64,000 nt of DNA from Bacteroidales bacterium (lineage in GTDB: Bacteria > Bacteroidota > Bacteroidia > Bacteroidales > FEN-979), in NCBI GenBank assembly GCA_030681475.1, contig JAUXWT010000049.1, forward strand, positions 7,991 to 71,990, read 5' to 3'. Made by a program: the position numbers and the translations under genes. The notes beneath the pieces are model-generated. The model did not search any database. It saw nothing but the letters and a program-made list of their open reading frames with translations, and was not told the origin of the DNA. Shown here in pieces: positions 7,365 to 19,897 of the stretch. Position 1 is the stretch's first letter; every line of letters begins with the position of its first letter.

Positions 7365-9002
7365 ATGAAACAATTACTTCCGGCGATACTGTTATTTTTT
7401 TCCTTGTCCTCCTTGACAGGTCAAACCCTTTATGAAACCAAAGAAGGCAAGGTTTCATATGTAACCACACAGACCGTTTACGTTAAATTCCAATCCACTG
7501 AAAATATCGCCCCGGGGGATACGCTGTTTTCGAACCAGGATGGAACCCTGATTCCGTTACTTACAGTAAGGGAAAAATCATCTATTTCCTGTGTTTGCTT
7601 GGTGATTTCTGAAAAAAAAATATCTGTCGGAGATCAGGTTTTTTCAAAACAAAAACCAGTTCAGATACCCAAAACCGGGGATAAAAAAACAGTTCCGGAG
7701 TTACCGCCGCTAACCTCTGACCGCGATTCTGTAATTGTCAGGCAGGAGCAACCATCCAAACGGTTGCAGGTGGTTACAGGAAATATTTCTGTTGCTTCTT
7801 ATCTGAATTTTTCAAGTGTAAGCAAGAGTACGCAACGGATGAAATATAATTTCGCGATGGCAGTGGAGAATATAGGTAACTCAAGGTTATCTGCTGAAAC
7901 ATACATATCCTTCGCTCATAAATTGGGTGAATGGAATACGGTTCAACATGACATCTTCAATGGATTAAAAATCTACAGTCTATCGCTTAACTATATGTTC
8001 AATAAACACAATAAAATTTTGTTAGGCAGAAAAATCAACCCCCGGATCTCCAATGTCGGAGCAATAGATGGACTCCAGTATGAAACTAAAGCGGGTGCAT
8101 TTTCCGTTGGGTTGCTGGTGGGCTCCAGACCCGATTACAGGAACTACAGTTTCAACGCAAACCTGCTTCAGTTTGGCGGGTATGTCGGGCACGACCATAC
8201 CGGAAAAAATGGAAATATGCAAACAACGCTGGCTTTTTTTGAACAAAAGAATAACGGCATCACCGACCGCAGGTTTGCCTATCTGCAGCACACCAATCCA
8301 CTCGTTCGTAATTTGTACTTTTTCGGTTCACTCGAGGTGGATCTTTATAAAAAAACCATGAACCACCCGGATACGGCCGTTAGTAAAGACACAACATACA
8401 ATAAGGACTACTCACCTGCCCTATCCAACCTGTATTTATCGCTGAGATACAGACCGGTCAGGCAATTGTCACTTTCTTTGTCGTACAGCGCCAGGCAAAA
8501 TGTAATTTACTATGAAACATATAAATCTCTGGTTGAAAGGCTGCTTGAGGAGGCAACCGTGCAGGGGTTTACCTTTCAAATCAATTATCAGCCTGTTAAA
8601 TTATTATCCATTGGCATAAATGCCGGATACCGGAATAGCAAAACGGACCCAAGGCCATCGAAAAATATTTACGGGTATGTCTCATTCAGCAGGATTCCGG
8701 GCATCAATGTGACAAGTACTGTTTCAGCTACTATTCTGGAAACCGGTTATCTGTCGGGAAACATATACAGCCTGGGTGTCTCACGTGATGTGGTGGAAGG
8801 AAAGTTGACGGCAGGCATGAACTACCGGTATGTCAGCTACCGGTTTCAGGGCGGTGAAACCCAACTGGTTCAAAACATGGGTGAGATAAATTTCACCTGG
8901 CGGATATTAAGAAAACTTTCCTGCGGTTTGTATTATGAAGGCACGTTTGACAAATCATCAACATTCAATCGCATTTACGTTAACCTAACCCAACGATTTT
9001 AA
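7365..9002 (+). CDS. Putative outer-membrane beta-barrel protein
   Basis: 545 aa with signal peptide MKQLLPAILLFFSLSSLTGQ. It shows alternating beta-strand-like sequence rich in Y/G/N/S and a C-terminal ...YVNLTQRF aromatic terminus. It starts 10 nt after the cytochrome gene. Confidence 0.6.
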   Translation: MKQLLPAILLFFSLSSLTGQTLYETKEGKVSYVTTQTVYVKFQSTENIAPGDTLFSNQDGTLIPLLTVREKSSISCVCLVISEKKISVGDQVFSKQKPVQIPKTGDKKTVPELPPLTSDRDSVIVRQEQPSKRLQVVTGNISVASYLNFSSVSKSTQRMKYNFAMAVENIGNSRLSAETYISFAHKLGEWNTVQHDIFNGLKIYSLSLNYMFNKHNKILLGRKINPRISNVGAIDGLQYETKAGAFSVGLLVGSRPDYRNYSFNANLLQFGGYVGHDHTGKNGNMQTTLAFFEQKNNGITDRRFAYLQHTNPLVRNLYFFGSLEVDLYKKTMNHPDTAVSKDTTYNKDYSPALSNLYLSLRYRPVRQLSLSLSYSARQNVIYYETYKSLVERLLEEATVQGFTFQINYQPVKLLSIGINAGYRNSKTDPRPSKNIYGYVSFSRIPGINVTSTVSATILETGYLSGNIYSLGVSRDVVEGKLTAGMNYRYVSYRFQGGETQLVQNMGEINFTWRILRKLSCGLYYEGTFDKSSTFNRIYVNLTQRF

Positions 9003-9042
9003 CTTTCCTTGATTTCACGCCATCCCCTACCTGATTAATAAT

Positions 9043-9050
9043 TATCTTTG
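9043..9050 (+). promoter_or_regulatory. -7 box TATCTTTG
   Basis: Exact TAnnTTTG match, 42 nt upstream of the ATG at 9092. Confidence 0.45.
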
Positions 9051-9091
9051 TGCGCTTAAAACTATAAAAATCAAATTAACTCTTAACTGAC

Positions 9092-9817
9092 ATGAATAGA
9101 AATAAACTAACCTTTACAATAATTTTAGTACTCCTCGGAGTATTCTTTATCGTCACAATCTTTTACAAAGGCGGAGAGAAGAACAAAGTAAATTTACCTC
9201 CCGGCACACATGGTGTAATTGTGACCGAGGTTATTCAGACGACCAATTATACCTACCTTCACGGTGAAGAAAACGGCACAAAATTGTGGATAGCTGTTGA
9301 ACGTGGTGAATACAAAACAGGCGATTCGGTTTACTACAGTCAGGCATCAGAGATGAAAGATTTTGTCAGCAAAGAATTAAACCGTACATTTCCGTCCATC
9401 TTTTTTGTACAGAATCCCCACAACTCACTCGTTTCGGCCGAAAATCTGATGCAGCAACCGCTTACACCGCAAAAGGTGGCCATCAAAAGATGGACTGAAA
9501 TCGACGTTACGCCACCGGCAGGGGGGATCACAATTGCAGATCTTTATAAAAATCCGGGTAATTATGCAGGTAAAACAGTGATCATCCGGGGAGTTGTTGT
9601 AAGGTTCAATGACCAGATCATGAACAAAAACTGGGTACATATTCAGGATGGCACCGACTATTCCGATAAATTTGACCTGACCATCACGACCCTTGACAGC
9701 CTGATCGTTGGCAGTACCGCTACATTCAAAGGTATTATTGCCCTGGATAAAGATTTTGGTTCAGGATACAAGTATGATGTGATCATGGAGGAGGCCAGAA
9801 TCTCAGATATTAAATAG
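9092..9817 (+). CDS. Membrane-anchored hypothetical protein (possibly two OB-like beta domains)
   Basis: 241 aa with an N-terminal TM segment. The NWVHIQDGT...DLTITT...LDKDFGSGYKY segment recalls conserved Bacteroidota hypotheticals. Function is unknown. Confidence 0.45.
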   Translation: MNRNKLTFTIILVLLGVFFIVTIFYKGGEKNKVNLPPGTHGVIVTEVIQTTNYTYLHGEENGTKLWIAVERGEYKTGDSVYYSQASEMKDFVSKELNRTFPSIFFVQNPHNSLVSAENLMQQPLTPQKVAIKRWTEIDVTPPAGGITIADLYKNPGNYAGKTVIIRGVVVRFNDQIMNKNWVHIQDGTDYSDKFDLTITTLDSLIVGSTATFKGIIALDKDFGSGYKYDVIMEEARISDIK

Positions 9818-10085
9818 CATCTTTTTTCTCCGGAGTTGTCGGTTCCTCGTCTCTGATAACTTCCACTTTCAGTTTCGCCACCATTGCAGCAACTGCGCCA
9901 ACTGCTGCCAGCATCGGGGCAAACAGGGCGCCGATCAGGCCATAGGTGACCGGAATTTCCAGGTACACCTTGTCATCTTCGTCTTTGATGATCAACCTTC
10001 TCACGTTGCCCTCATGAATGAGTTGCTTTACCTTTTCAACCAACTCTTCACCCCTGACTTTGAATTCCTCTGAGAAATTTTCCAT
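9810..10085 (-). CDS. DUF4342-like small protein
   Basis: 91 aa. The pattern KVKQLIHEGNVRRLIIKDEDDKVYLEIPV followed by a G/A-rich hydrophobic segment matches my memory of DUF4342. Confidence 0.55.
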   Translation of the reverse strand: MENFSEEFKVRGEELVEKVKQLIHEGNVRRLIIKDEDDKVYLEIPVTYGLIGALFAPMLAAVGAVAAMVAKLKVEVIRDEEPTTPEKKDAI

Positions 10086-10211
10086 TTTGAGATATTTTAA
10101 CTTTTTAAGGAAGCCTAATTTCCATCTGATTGTTCAAAATTACAGTTTATTTCAGTTCCAGTGAATATTGTGACAGAATAAGAATTATTTGGTAGTATTA
10201 AAAGAAATGAG

Positions 10212-10219
10212 TATTTTTG
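10212..10219 (+). promoter_or_regulatory. -7 box TATTTTTG
   Basis: Exact TAnnTTTG match, 51 nt upstream of the rpsO ATG. Confidence 0.45.
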
Positions 10220-10269
10220 CATCTTGTTTAATAGGCCTTTTAAGTTAATCAAAAACAACAAGCAGAGCA

Positions 10270-10539
10270 ATGAATTTAGCGCCCGAAGTAAAGAAGAAAG
10301 CATTTAAAGAACATGGGAAATCAGAATTTGACAGCGGCTCAACTGAAGCCCAGATTGCGATGTTCACTATGAAAATTCAGCATCTTACCGAACATTTGAA
10401 GATCAACAAAAAAGACATGGTGACCGAAAGGTCGCTGGTCATCATGGTTGGTAAACGCAGGAAATTACTGGATTATCTGAAAAGCAAGGAAATTCAACGT
10501 TATCGTGACATCATCAAGAAGCTCGGTATCCGTAAATAA
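10270..10539 (+). CDS. rpsO: 30S ribosomal protein S15
   Basis: 89 aa with GSTEAQIA...LTEHLK..KKD..S.R.L..MVGKRRKLLDYL, and the conserved rpsO-pnp gene order. Confidence 0.95.
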   Translation: MNLAPEVKKKAFKEHGKSEFDSGSTEAQIAMFTMKIQHLTEHLKINKKDMVTERSLVIMVGKRRKLLDYLKSKEIQRYRDIIKKLGIRK

Positions 10540-10567
10540 ATTAACCATATTCTTAATAAATCAAGAC

Positions 10568-10592
10568 TGAGGCAATATGATATTGCCTCTTT
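10568..10592 (+). terminator. Stem-loop GAGGCAATA-TGA-TATTGCCTC followed by TTTT
   Basis: A perfect 9-bp stem, 3-nt loop and T-run lie between rpsO and pnp. Confidence 0.7.
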
Positions 10593-10615
10593 TAATATCT
10601 GAAAGAGACTAACAC

Positions 10616-12829
10616 ATGAATGGAATAACACAAACTTTTAACCTTCCCGATGGTCGGGAAATTTCAATTGAAACAGGCAAACTCGCCAAACAGGCCGATG
10701 GGTCTGTTGTTGTCAGGATGGGCGACACCATGATCCTTGCTACCGTTGTAGCCAATAAGGAAGCCAAAGAAAACGTTGACTTCATGCCACTATCTGTTGA
10801 ATATCGTGAAAAATATGCAGCAGCTGGCCGGTTCCCCGGTGGCTTTTTTAAACGCGAAGCGCGTCCCTCCGACTACGAAATTCTTATCTCAAGATTGATT
10901 GACCGGGCGCTCCGTCCACTTTTTCCGGATGATTATCACGCTGAAGTCCAGGTGATTGTAACCCTGATTTCAGCAGACACGAATTTTTTTCCCGACGCAC
11001 TTGCCGGTCTGGCAGCCTCTGCTGCGCTTGCTGTCAGCGATATCCCCTTCAACGGCCCCATCTCCGAAGTCAGAGTTTCTAGAATTAACGGTCAATTCGT
11101 AATCAATCCCACCATTGAAGCCATGGTCGATTCTGATATCGATATGATCGTGGCTGCCACCCTGGATAACATCCTGATGGTGGAAGGCGAAATGAAAGAG
11201 GTATCTGAGGCGGACATGGTGGAAGCCATCCGTGTAGCACATGAAGCCATCAAGGTGCAATGCCAAGCGCAGGTCGACCTTGCCGCAATGATCGAAAAAT
11301 CAAAAGTCAAGCGGGTCTATTGCCACGAAACAAATAACCCTGAATTTAAGGAAAGAATTAAAGCCGCAACCTATCAAAAGGTGTACGATATGGCATCCAG
11401 CGGAAATGCAAACAAGCATGAACGCAAAAGGATCATTGAAGAGATCAAGGCGGAATTTGTTGCCACATTGACTGATGAGGAAAAGGAGGAATTTAAAAAC
11501 CTGATCGGCCGTTACTACCACGATGTTGAAAAAGATGCCATCCGTAATGCAACTTTAGACTACCGGAAACGGTTAGACGGACGAAAACTTGACGAGATCC
11601 GCCCAATCTGGACCGAAATTGATTATTTACCTGCTGCCCACGGATCGGCCATATTTACCCGTGGCGAAACCCAATCGCTTACAACGGTAACACTTGGCAC
11701 AAAACTTGACCAGCAGTCAATCGATGGCGCCATTATCGAAGGAAAACTGAATTTTCTCCTGCATTATAACTTTCCGGCTTTTGCTACGGGCGAGGTAAAG
11801 CCAATTCGCAGTACAGGCCGTCGTGAGATCGGTCACGGAAATCTGGCGCTTCGTGCATTGAAAAACATGATCCCGCAGGGAGTGGATAACTTATACACCA
11901 TCCGCATTGTTTCCGATATCCTTGAATCGAACGGCAGTTCTTCCATGGCAACTGTTTGCGCTGGTACCATGGCCCTGATGGATGCCGGTATTAAAATAAC
12001 CAAGCCTGTTTCAGGCATCGCGATGGGACTGATCACAGACAATAAGCGTTATGTTATTTTATCTGATATTCTTGGTGACGAAGATCACCTTGGCGACATG
12101 GACTTCAAGGTTTGCGGCACTCGTGATGGAATTACGGCATGCCAGATGGATATCAAGGTCGACGGTCTCTCATTTGATGTTCTGCGCGAAGCATTGACCC
12201 AGGCCCGCGAGGGACGCATGCACATCCTTGGTGAAATGGAAAAAACCATCTCTGAGGCACGTCCCGATTTCAAACCATTTGTACCCCGTATCTTCCAGAT
12301 GAAAGTTGCCAAGGAATTCATCGGTGCGATCATTGGCCCCGGAGGCAAAGTCATCCAGGAGATGCAGCGCGAAACCGGTACCACTATTGTTATTGAAGAG
12401 GTTGGAGAGTTTGGAATTGTTGACATTGTTGCCAACAATATGGAAGCGCGTGATAAAGTGATTGAAAAGATTAAACGAATTGCCTCTGTGGCTGAGGTTG
12501 GTGAAATTTACAAGGGGAAAGTCAAAAATATTCAATCATTTGGCGCTTTCATTGAAATTCTACCCAATCAGGATGGCCTACTCCATATTTCTGAAATTGA
12601 CTGGAAAAGATTGGAAAAGGTAGAAGATGCGCTGCAGGTTGGCGATGAGGTTGAAGTCAAACTGATCGAGGTTGATCAGAAAACCGGTAAACTGAAGCTA
12701 TCACGAAGAGCATTACTCCCGAAGCCGGAAGGCTATGTTGAAAGGAAACCCGAACCACGTTCAGACCGCCCCGATCGCGGAAATGACCGAGGAAATGACC
12801 GCGGATATGATCGTGGTCACAGAAGGTAA
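10616..12829 (+). CDS. pnp: Polyribonucleotide nucleotidyltransferase (PNPase)
   Basis: 737 aa with two RNase PH domains, a KH domain (GPGGKVIQE) and an S1 domain ([15 protein letters not shown]), plus a basic RGNDRG tail. Confidence 0.97.
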   Translation: MNGITQTFNLPDGREISIETGKLAKQADGSVVVRMGDTMILATVVANKEAKENVDFMPLSVEYREKYAAAGRFPGGFFKREARPSDYEILISRLIDRALRPLFPDDYHAEVQVIVTLISADTNFFPDALAGLAASAALAVSDIPFNGPISEVRVSRINGQFVINPTIEAMVDSDIDMIVAATLDNILMVEGEMKEVSEADMVEAIRVAHEAIKVQCQAQVDLAAMIEKSKVKRVYCHETNNPEFKERIKAATYQKVYDMASSGNANKHERKRIIEEIKAEFVATLTDEEKEEFKNLIGRYYHDVEKDAIRNATLDYRKRLDGRKLDEIRPIWTEIDYLPAAHGSAIFTRGETQSLTTVTLGTKLDQQSIDGAIIEGKLNFLLHYNFPAFATGEVKPIRSTGRREIGHGNLALRALKNMIPQGVDNLYTIRIVSDILESNGSSSMATVCAGTMALMDAGIKITKPVSGIAMGLITDNKRYVILSDILGDEDHLGDMDFKVCGTRDGITACQMDIKVDGLSFDVLREALTQAREGRMHILGEMEKTISEARPDFKPFVPRIFQMKVAKEFIGAIIGPGGKVIQEMQRETGTTIVIEEVGEFGIVDIVANNMEARDKVIEKIKRIASVAEVGEIYKGKVKNIQSFGAFIEILPNQDGLLHISEIDWKRLEKVEDALQVGDEVEVKLIEVDQKTGKLKLSRRALLPKPEGYVERKPEPRSDRPDRGNDRGNDRGYDRGHRR

Positions 12830-12898
12830 CATGATGTAACCTTTAGTTATTTTGTTCGTAAACCGACCTGTATCTATGGTCATAACAAATTGGTTCGC

Positions 12899-13762
12899 AT
12901 GAGGCAGTTAAAAATTACCAAACAGGTTACCAATCGCGAAACCGCATCACTGGATAAATACCTTCAGGAGATCGGTAAAGTTGAACTGATCACTGCTGAT
13001 GAAGAGGTTTCTCTGGCCCAGCGGATCAAACAGGGTGACATGGCTGCACTCGAAAAACTGACAAAAGCAAACCTTCGTTTCGTAGTCTCTGTCTCTAAAC
13101 AATATCAAAATCAAGGACTTAGCCTTCCAGATCTGATCAACGAGGGCAACCTCGGACTGATCAAAGCAGCGCAACGCTTTGACGAAACCCGAGGTTTCAA
13201 GTTCATCTCCTACGCAGTATGGTGGATCCGTCAGTCTATCCTTCAGGCGCTGGCAGAACAGTCGCGGATTGTACGTTTACCGCTGAATAAAATCGGATCG
13301 ATCAACAAAATCAACAAGGCATACGCCCAACTTGAGCAGAAGTATGAACGCGAACCAAATGCCGGAGAGATCGCCTTCCTTCTGGAAGTTTCCGAAAATG
13401 AAGTAAAAGAGTCGATGCGTAATTCCGGCCGGCATGTTTCCATGGATGCACCCCTGATCCAGGATGAGGATAACACCATGTACGATGTATTGCGCAGTGA
13501 GGAAAATACCACACCGGATACCGGACTGTTATATGAATCCCTGAAAAAGGAAATTGAACGGGCCGTGTCAACGCTGACGCAGCGTGAAGCTGACGTAGTC
13601 CGCCTCTATTTCGGCCTCAACGGAAGCCATCCGATGACCCTGGAGGAGATCGGCGAGAAATTCGACCTGACGCGTGAACGTGTACGCCAGATCAAAGAAA
13701 AGGCCATACGCCGACTGAAGCACACCTCAAGGAGTAAAATTCTAAAGACCTACCTTGGTTAA
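12899..13762 (+). CDS. rpoD: Primary RNA polymerase sigma factor (short Bacteroidota RpoD/SigA)
   Basis: Regions 2-4 are present ([52 protein letters not shown]). The ATG at 12899 is preferred over the TTG at 12890. Confidence 0.92.
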   Translation: MRQLKITKQVTNRETASLDKYLQEIGKVELITADEEVSLAQRIKQGDMAALEKLTKANLRFVVSVSKQYQNQGLSLPDLINEGNLGLIKAAQRFDETRGFKFISYAVWWIRQSILQALAEQSRIVRLPLNKIGSINKINKAYAQLEQKYEREPNAGEIAFLLEVSENEVKESMRNSGRHVSMDAPLIQDEDNTMYDVLRSEENTTPDTGLLYESLKKEIERAVSTLTQREADVVRLYFGLNGSHPMTLEEIGEKFDLTRERVRQIKEKAIRRLKHTSRSKILKTYLG

Positions 13763-13769
13763 ATAAATA

Positions 13770-13801
13770 GTGAAATGGCGAGATGGCGAAAAGGTGAAAT
13801 C
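13770..13801 (+). repeat. Octamer tandem array, 4 units (GTGAAATG GCGAGATG GCGAAAAG GTGAAATC)
   Basis: Read directly from the sequence. The array lies in the rpoD-rpe spacer and ends 26 nt before the rpe ATG. Confidence 0.85.
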
Positions 13802-13826
13802 GTTACTCCTAATTCGTAATTTATCA

Positions 13827-14480
13827 ATGGCACATCTTGTTGCTCCATCTCTCCTTTCTGCCAATTTTCTGAACCTGGAAAAAGATATCGGGATGCTCAA
13901 TCAAAGTGAGGCCGATTGGTTTCACCTCGATGTGATGGATGGCCTGTTTGTTCCCAATATTTCCTTCGGATTCGCCATCATTGAAAAGATCAGGCAAGCG
14001 ACCCATAAAATCCTCGATGTTCATTTAATGATCGTAGAGCCTGAACGGTATCTCGAACGGTTTAAAAGGGCAGGGGCCGATATCATCAGCATTCATCAGG
14101 AAGCCTGCAAAAATCCGATTGAAGCCATCAAGACAATAAAGAACCTGAATGCAAAAGCAGGTATCGTGATCAACCCCGCAACACCGGTCAGCACTTTGTC
14201 AGCGGTGATCAATCATATTGACATGGTTCTGCTTATGTCAGTAAATCCGGGATTTGGCGGGCAATCGTTTATGCCTGGTACGTTTGGGAAGATTGCTGAA
14301 ATAAGACAAATGATAAAGTCACGCCAACTCAATGTGATGGTTGAAGTGGATGGTGGCATCGACCTCAATAACGCACCAAAACTTGTTCAATCTGGCGTTG
14401 ATATTCTGGTGGCAGGCAATACCATTTTTTCATCCCCCGATCCGGTGCAGACGATACATCAGTTAAAAACCATCTGCTGA
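13827..14480 (+). CDS. rpe: Ribulose-phosphate 3-epimerase
   Basis: Motifs are PSLLSANF, HLDVMDG.FVPN, MSVNPGFGGQ and VDGG. The ORF-track GTG at 13770 is inside the repeat array, so the ATG at 13827 is preferred. Confidence 0.93.
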   Translation: MAHLVAPSLLSANFLNLEKDIGMLNQSEADWFHLDVMDGLFVPNISFGFAIIEKIRQATHKILDVHLMIVEPERYLERFKRAGADIISIHQEACKNPIEAIKTIKNLNAKAGIVINPATPVSTLSAVINHIDMVLLMSVNPGFGGQSFMPGTFGKIAEIRQMIKSRQLNVMVEVDGGIDLNNAPKLVQSGVDILVAGNTIFSSPDPVQTIHQLKTIC

Positions 14481-14555
14481 ATTTCTGTTTCCGGGTTACA
14501 TGTTCCCCTGCGGGTCTAGGAATTTTTCCTATTTTTACAAAAAAAAGATCACTAC

Positions 14556-15161
14556 ATGGATTTTCATGCAGCCAGCAGGGACATCATTCAACGTTTACGA
14601 CGGGAGTTAAATCCCTCACTGACATATCATTCCGTTGAACACACCCTTGATGTACTTGAAGCAGCCCGATGGCTCTCTAATGCGGAAAAAATCGGTTCAC
14701 ACGCTAAAATATTGATAGAAACGGCATCACTTTACCATGATGCAGGAATGATTATTCAATATAAAGATCACGAATCTGCTTCAGTGATCCTTGCTAAACA
14801 AACATTACCGGGATTTGGTTTTCCAGATTCAGATATCGATGAAATCGCCAGATTGATCATGGTCACAAAGTTACCTCAACGACCTTATGATCATTTAGAA
14901 CAGATTATCTGTGATGCTGACCTGGATTATCTTGGACGCGATGATTTTTTCATACATTCTTTCAATTTAAAGCTTGAGTGGCAGGTCAATGAAGTCAGGG
15001 TTACAACATTGGCTGAATGGTGTGAAATTCAGATTAACTTTCTGACCGAACACCAATATTTTACAAAATCAGCCTCTTTGCTCAGAAATGAGAAAAAACT
15101 GAAACATCTGGCAGAGATACAACAATTATGTCGGCGGGAGGAATCAATTCATAAATTGTAA
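14556..15161 (+). CDS. HD-domain phosphohydrolase
   Basis: 201 aa carrying H...HD metal motifs (HSVEHT, YHDAG, DADLDYLG). Confidence 0.7.
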   Translation: MDFHAASRDIIQRLRRELNPSLTYHSVEHTLDVLEAARWLSNAEKIGSHAKILIETASLYHDAGMIIQYKDHESASVILAKQTLPGFGFPDSDIDEIARLIMVTKLPQRPYDHLEQIICDADLDYLGRDDFFIHSFNLKLEWQVNEVRVTTLAEWCEIQINFLTEHQYFTKSASLLRNEKKLKHLAEIQQLCRREESIHKL

Positions 15162-15185
15162 AACCATTATAAAAACTGTAATATT

Positions 15186-16067
15186 ATGGCAAAAGCAAAA
15201 CAGGAAGCAAAGTACAACAACATAGTACTGATCCCTACAGATTTTTCTGAAGTATGCGGCAACGCCATATCTCATGGCGTAAAACTGGCAAAATTTCTCG
15301 GATATAATGTTTTTATCCTGCATATTATAAACAAGGAAACCAAGGCAGAGTTAAGAAAGAAAAAGGTAGGCGTTGAGTATGTGAATACCCGGCTGAAGGA
15401 ATATAAAAAATATTATGCCAGAAAATATTCTGTTGATATCGAGACCATGGCGGTGGAGGGATCAATTTTTTCAACCATCAACACTGTTTCCAAAGAGATT
15501 AAAGCGAACCTGATGGTGCTTGGTACCCATGGAAAAAAGGGGTTGCAACACGTTTTTGGCAGTTATGTCATGAAAGTTGTAGAAGAGTCGACAGTTCCCG
15601 TTGTCGTGGTTCAGAAACGAGCGTTCAAATCAGGCTACCAAAACATTGTTTTCCCCGTAAGCTTTGATATTGAGCCTCGGCAGGCTGTTCAATGGGCAAA
15701 ACTGATCGCAAAATTGTTCAACGCAAAGATCCATATCTATATCTCTCCTGAAAAAGAGACTGCACGGCGCACATCACTGGCAATTATCACAAAGCAGATC
15801 ACCTCAATATTTGATGCTGAAAACATAACCTATAGCATTACGACTGCAGATAAGCCCACAGGTTTTGCCCATCAGGTCATTTCGTACAGTGTTATCAACC
15901 AGGCAGATCTGATCATGATCATGACAAGGCCAAATATTGATGTGGTCGGGTTCAGCCTCTCCGCATGGGATGAACGCCTGATGTTCAATGAGGCGCAGAT
16001 TCCGGTAATGGGAATCAATCCAATTGAATACGGTTACCATTATTATGAATGGTCAATGCTGGCGTAA
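15186..16067 (+). CDS. Universal stress protein, tandem Usp domains
   Basis: 293 aa with two Usp-like halves, including LMVLGTHGKKG and PVVVV in the first half. Confidence 0.65.
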   Translation: MAKAKQEAKYNNIVLIPTDFSEVCGNAISHGVKLAKFLGYNVFILHIINKETKAELRKKKVGVEYVNTRLKEYKKYYARKYSVDIETMAVEGSIFSTINTVSKEIKANLMVLGTHGKKGLQHVFGSYVMKVVEESTVPVVVVQKRAFKSGYQNIVFPVSFDIEPRQAVQWAKLIAKLFNAKIHIYISPEKETARRTSLAIITKQITSIFDAENITYSITTADKPTGFAHQVISYSVINQADLIMIMTRPNIDVVGFSLSAWDERLMFNEAQIPVMGINPIEYGYHYYEWSMLA

Positions 16068-16076
16068 ATTAAAATA

Positions 16077-18981
<2,905 letters not shown>

Positions 18982-19031
18982 AAATACAAATTTTTATTCT
19001 AATTTAGAATAAATATTCATAAATATGTTTT

Positions 19032-19766
19032 TCAGTTTACTCTTTTAATGGATCCCGCACCTGACACATGCTGATCAATCTCGCTTGGAGATCCTTTGTA
19101 CTTTACACTGCCTGCTCCGGAAATTCCGGCACGAATCCTTTTGGAAACATTGATCTGTGCATTGCCTGCTCCGCTGATGTCGATGTCGTAGGATTCGGCA
19201 AGCAAGTCATATCCGAATATGTCGGAAGCGCCGGATAGATCCATTTTAACATTTACCGCAGACCCGGAAAACTTCATTTTGCTGGCGCCACTACAGTCAA
19301 GCTTCAGATTTTGTACTTCAATATTCAATTTCGAATCAGATGCGCCAGATGCTTCAATCCTGAGTTCAGGTACTGCCAACATCCCATCGGTATCGATATC
19401 AACTGCCCCGCTCACATCAATTATTTTCAGGTCTTTCACTGTCACATATACTTTCATGACCGTGACCTTGCGAACCGGCTTTTTAGTTTCAATTCTAAGT
19501 ATCCCACCCACAACATCTGTACGGATAACTGGCAGCAGGTTGGCATCTGCTTCCACGGTAACCTCTTCTACGGCGCCTTGTTTTAGTATAATATCAAAAG
19601 CGCCAGAAACCTCTATTCCATCGAATGCGGTAACCTTGCGGGTCTCTTTCAACACATTTCCATCTCCCTGCATCCCTCCGATCATGGTGCAACCCGCGAA
19701 AAGAGTCGATATCCCCAGGAACAGGCTACCGAAAATTAACATTGAAAAAAATCTCGTTGTTTTCAT
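19032..19766 (-). CDS. DUF2807 / head-GIN-domain putative adhesin, lipoprotein-like
   Basis: 244 aa with signal peptide plus Cys (LFAGC). It contains repeated SGA(G/S).. beta-helix-like units (VSGAFDI, ASGASDS, CSGASKM, LSGASDI, ISGAGNA, ISGAGSV, VSGAGSI). Confidence 0.65.
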   Translation of the reverse strand: MKTTRFFSMLIFGSLFLGISTLFAGCTMIGGMQGDGNVLKETRKVTAFDGIEVSGAFDIILKQGAVEEVTVEADANLLPVIRTDVVGGILRIETKKPVRKVTVMKVYVTVKDLKIIDVSGAVDIDTDGMLAVPELRIEASGASDSKLNIEVQNLKLDCSGASKMKFSGSAVNVKMDLSGASDIFGYDLLAESYDIDISGAGNAQINVSKRIRAGISGAGSVKYKGSPSEIDQHVSGAGSIKRVN

Positions 19767-19824
19767 AGGATTTGAATTTAATTGATTAGACGTTTTTTTT
19801 GGATTTGGTTACAAATGGTAAGGT

Positions 19825-19860
19825 GGACAAGGGGACAAGGGGACAAGGGGACAAGGGGAC
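19825..19860 (+). repeat. Perfect octamer array (GGACAAGG) x4.5
   Basis: Read directly from the sequence. It contains four GGGG runs separated by ACAA (19831-19858). Confidence 0.95.
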
Positions 19861-19897
19861 TTTTGCAATTTGATTTTGCATTTTGGTTTTTGCATTT
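19861..19897 (+). repeat. 13-bp T-rich repeat x3 (TTTTGCAATTTGA TTTTGCATTTTGG TTTTTGCATTTC)
   Basis: Read directly from the sequence. It abuts the GGACAAGG array and ends at the stop codon of the 19898-20950 gene on the minus strand. Confidence 0.75.

Noticed and set aside
18994-19012. Palindrome TTATTCTAA-T-TTAGAATAA between the GH19-like start and the DUF2807-like stop
   Set aside because: The stem is almost entirely A/T (a single C-G pair) and sits in an AT-rich spacer. It is too weak to call as a terminator or operator, and it could arise by chance.
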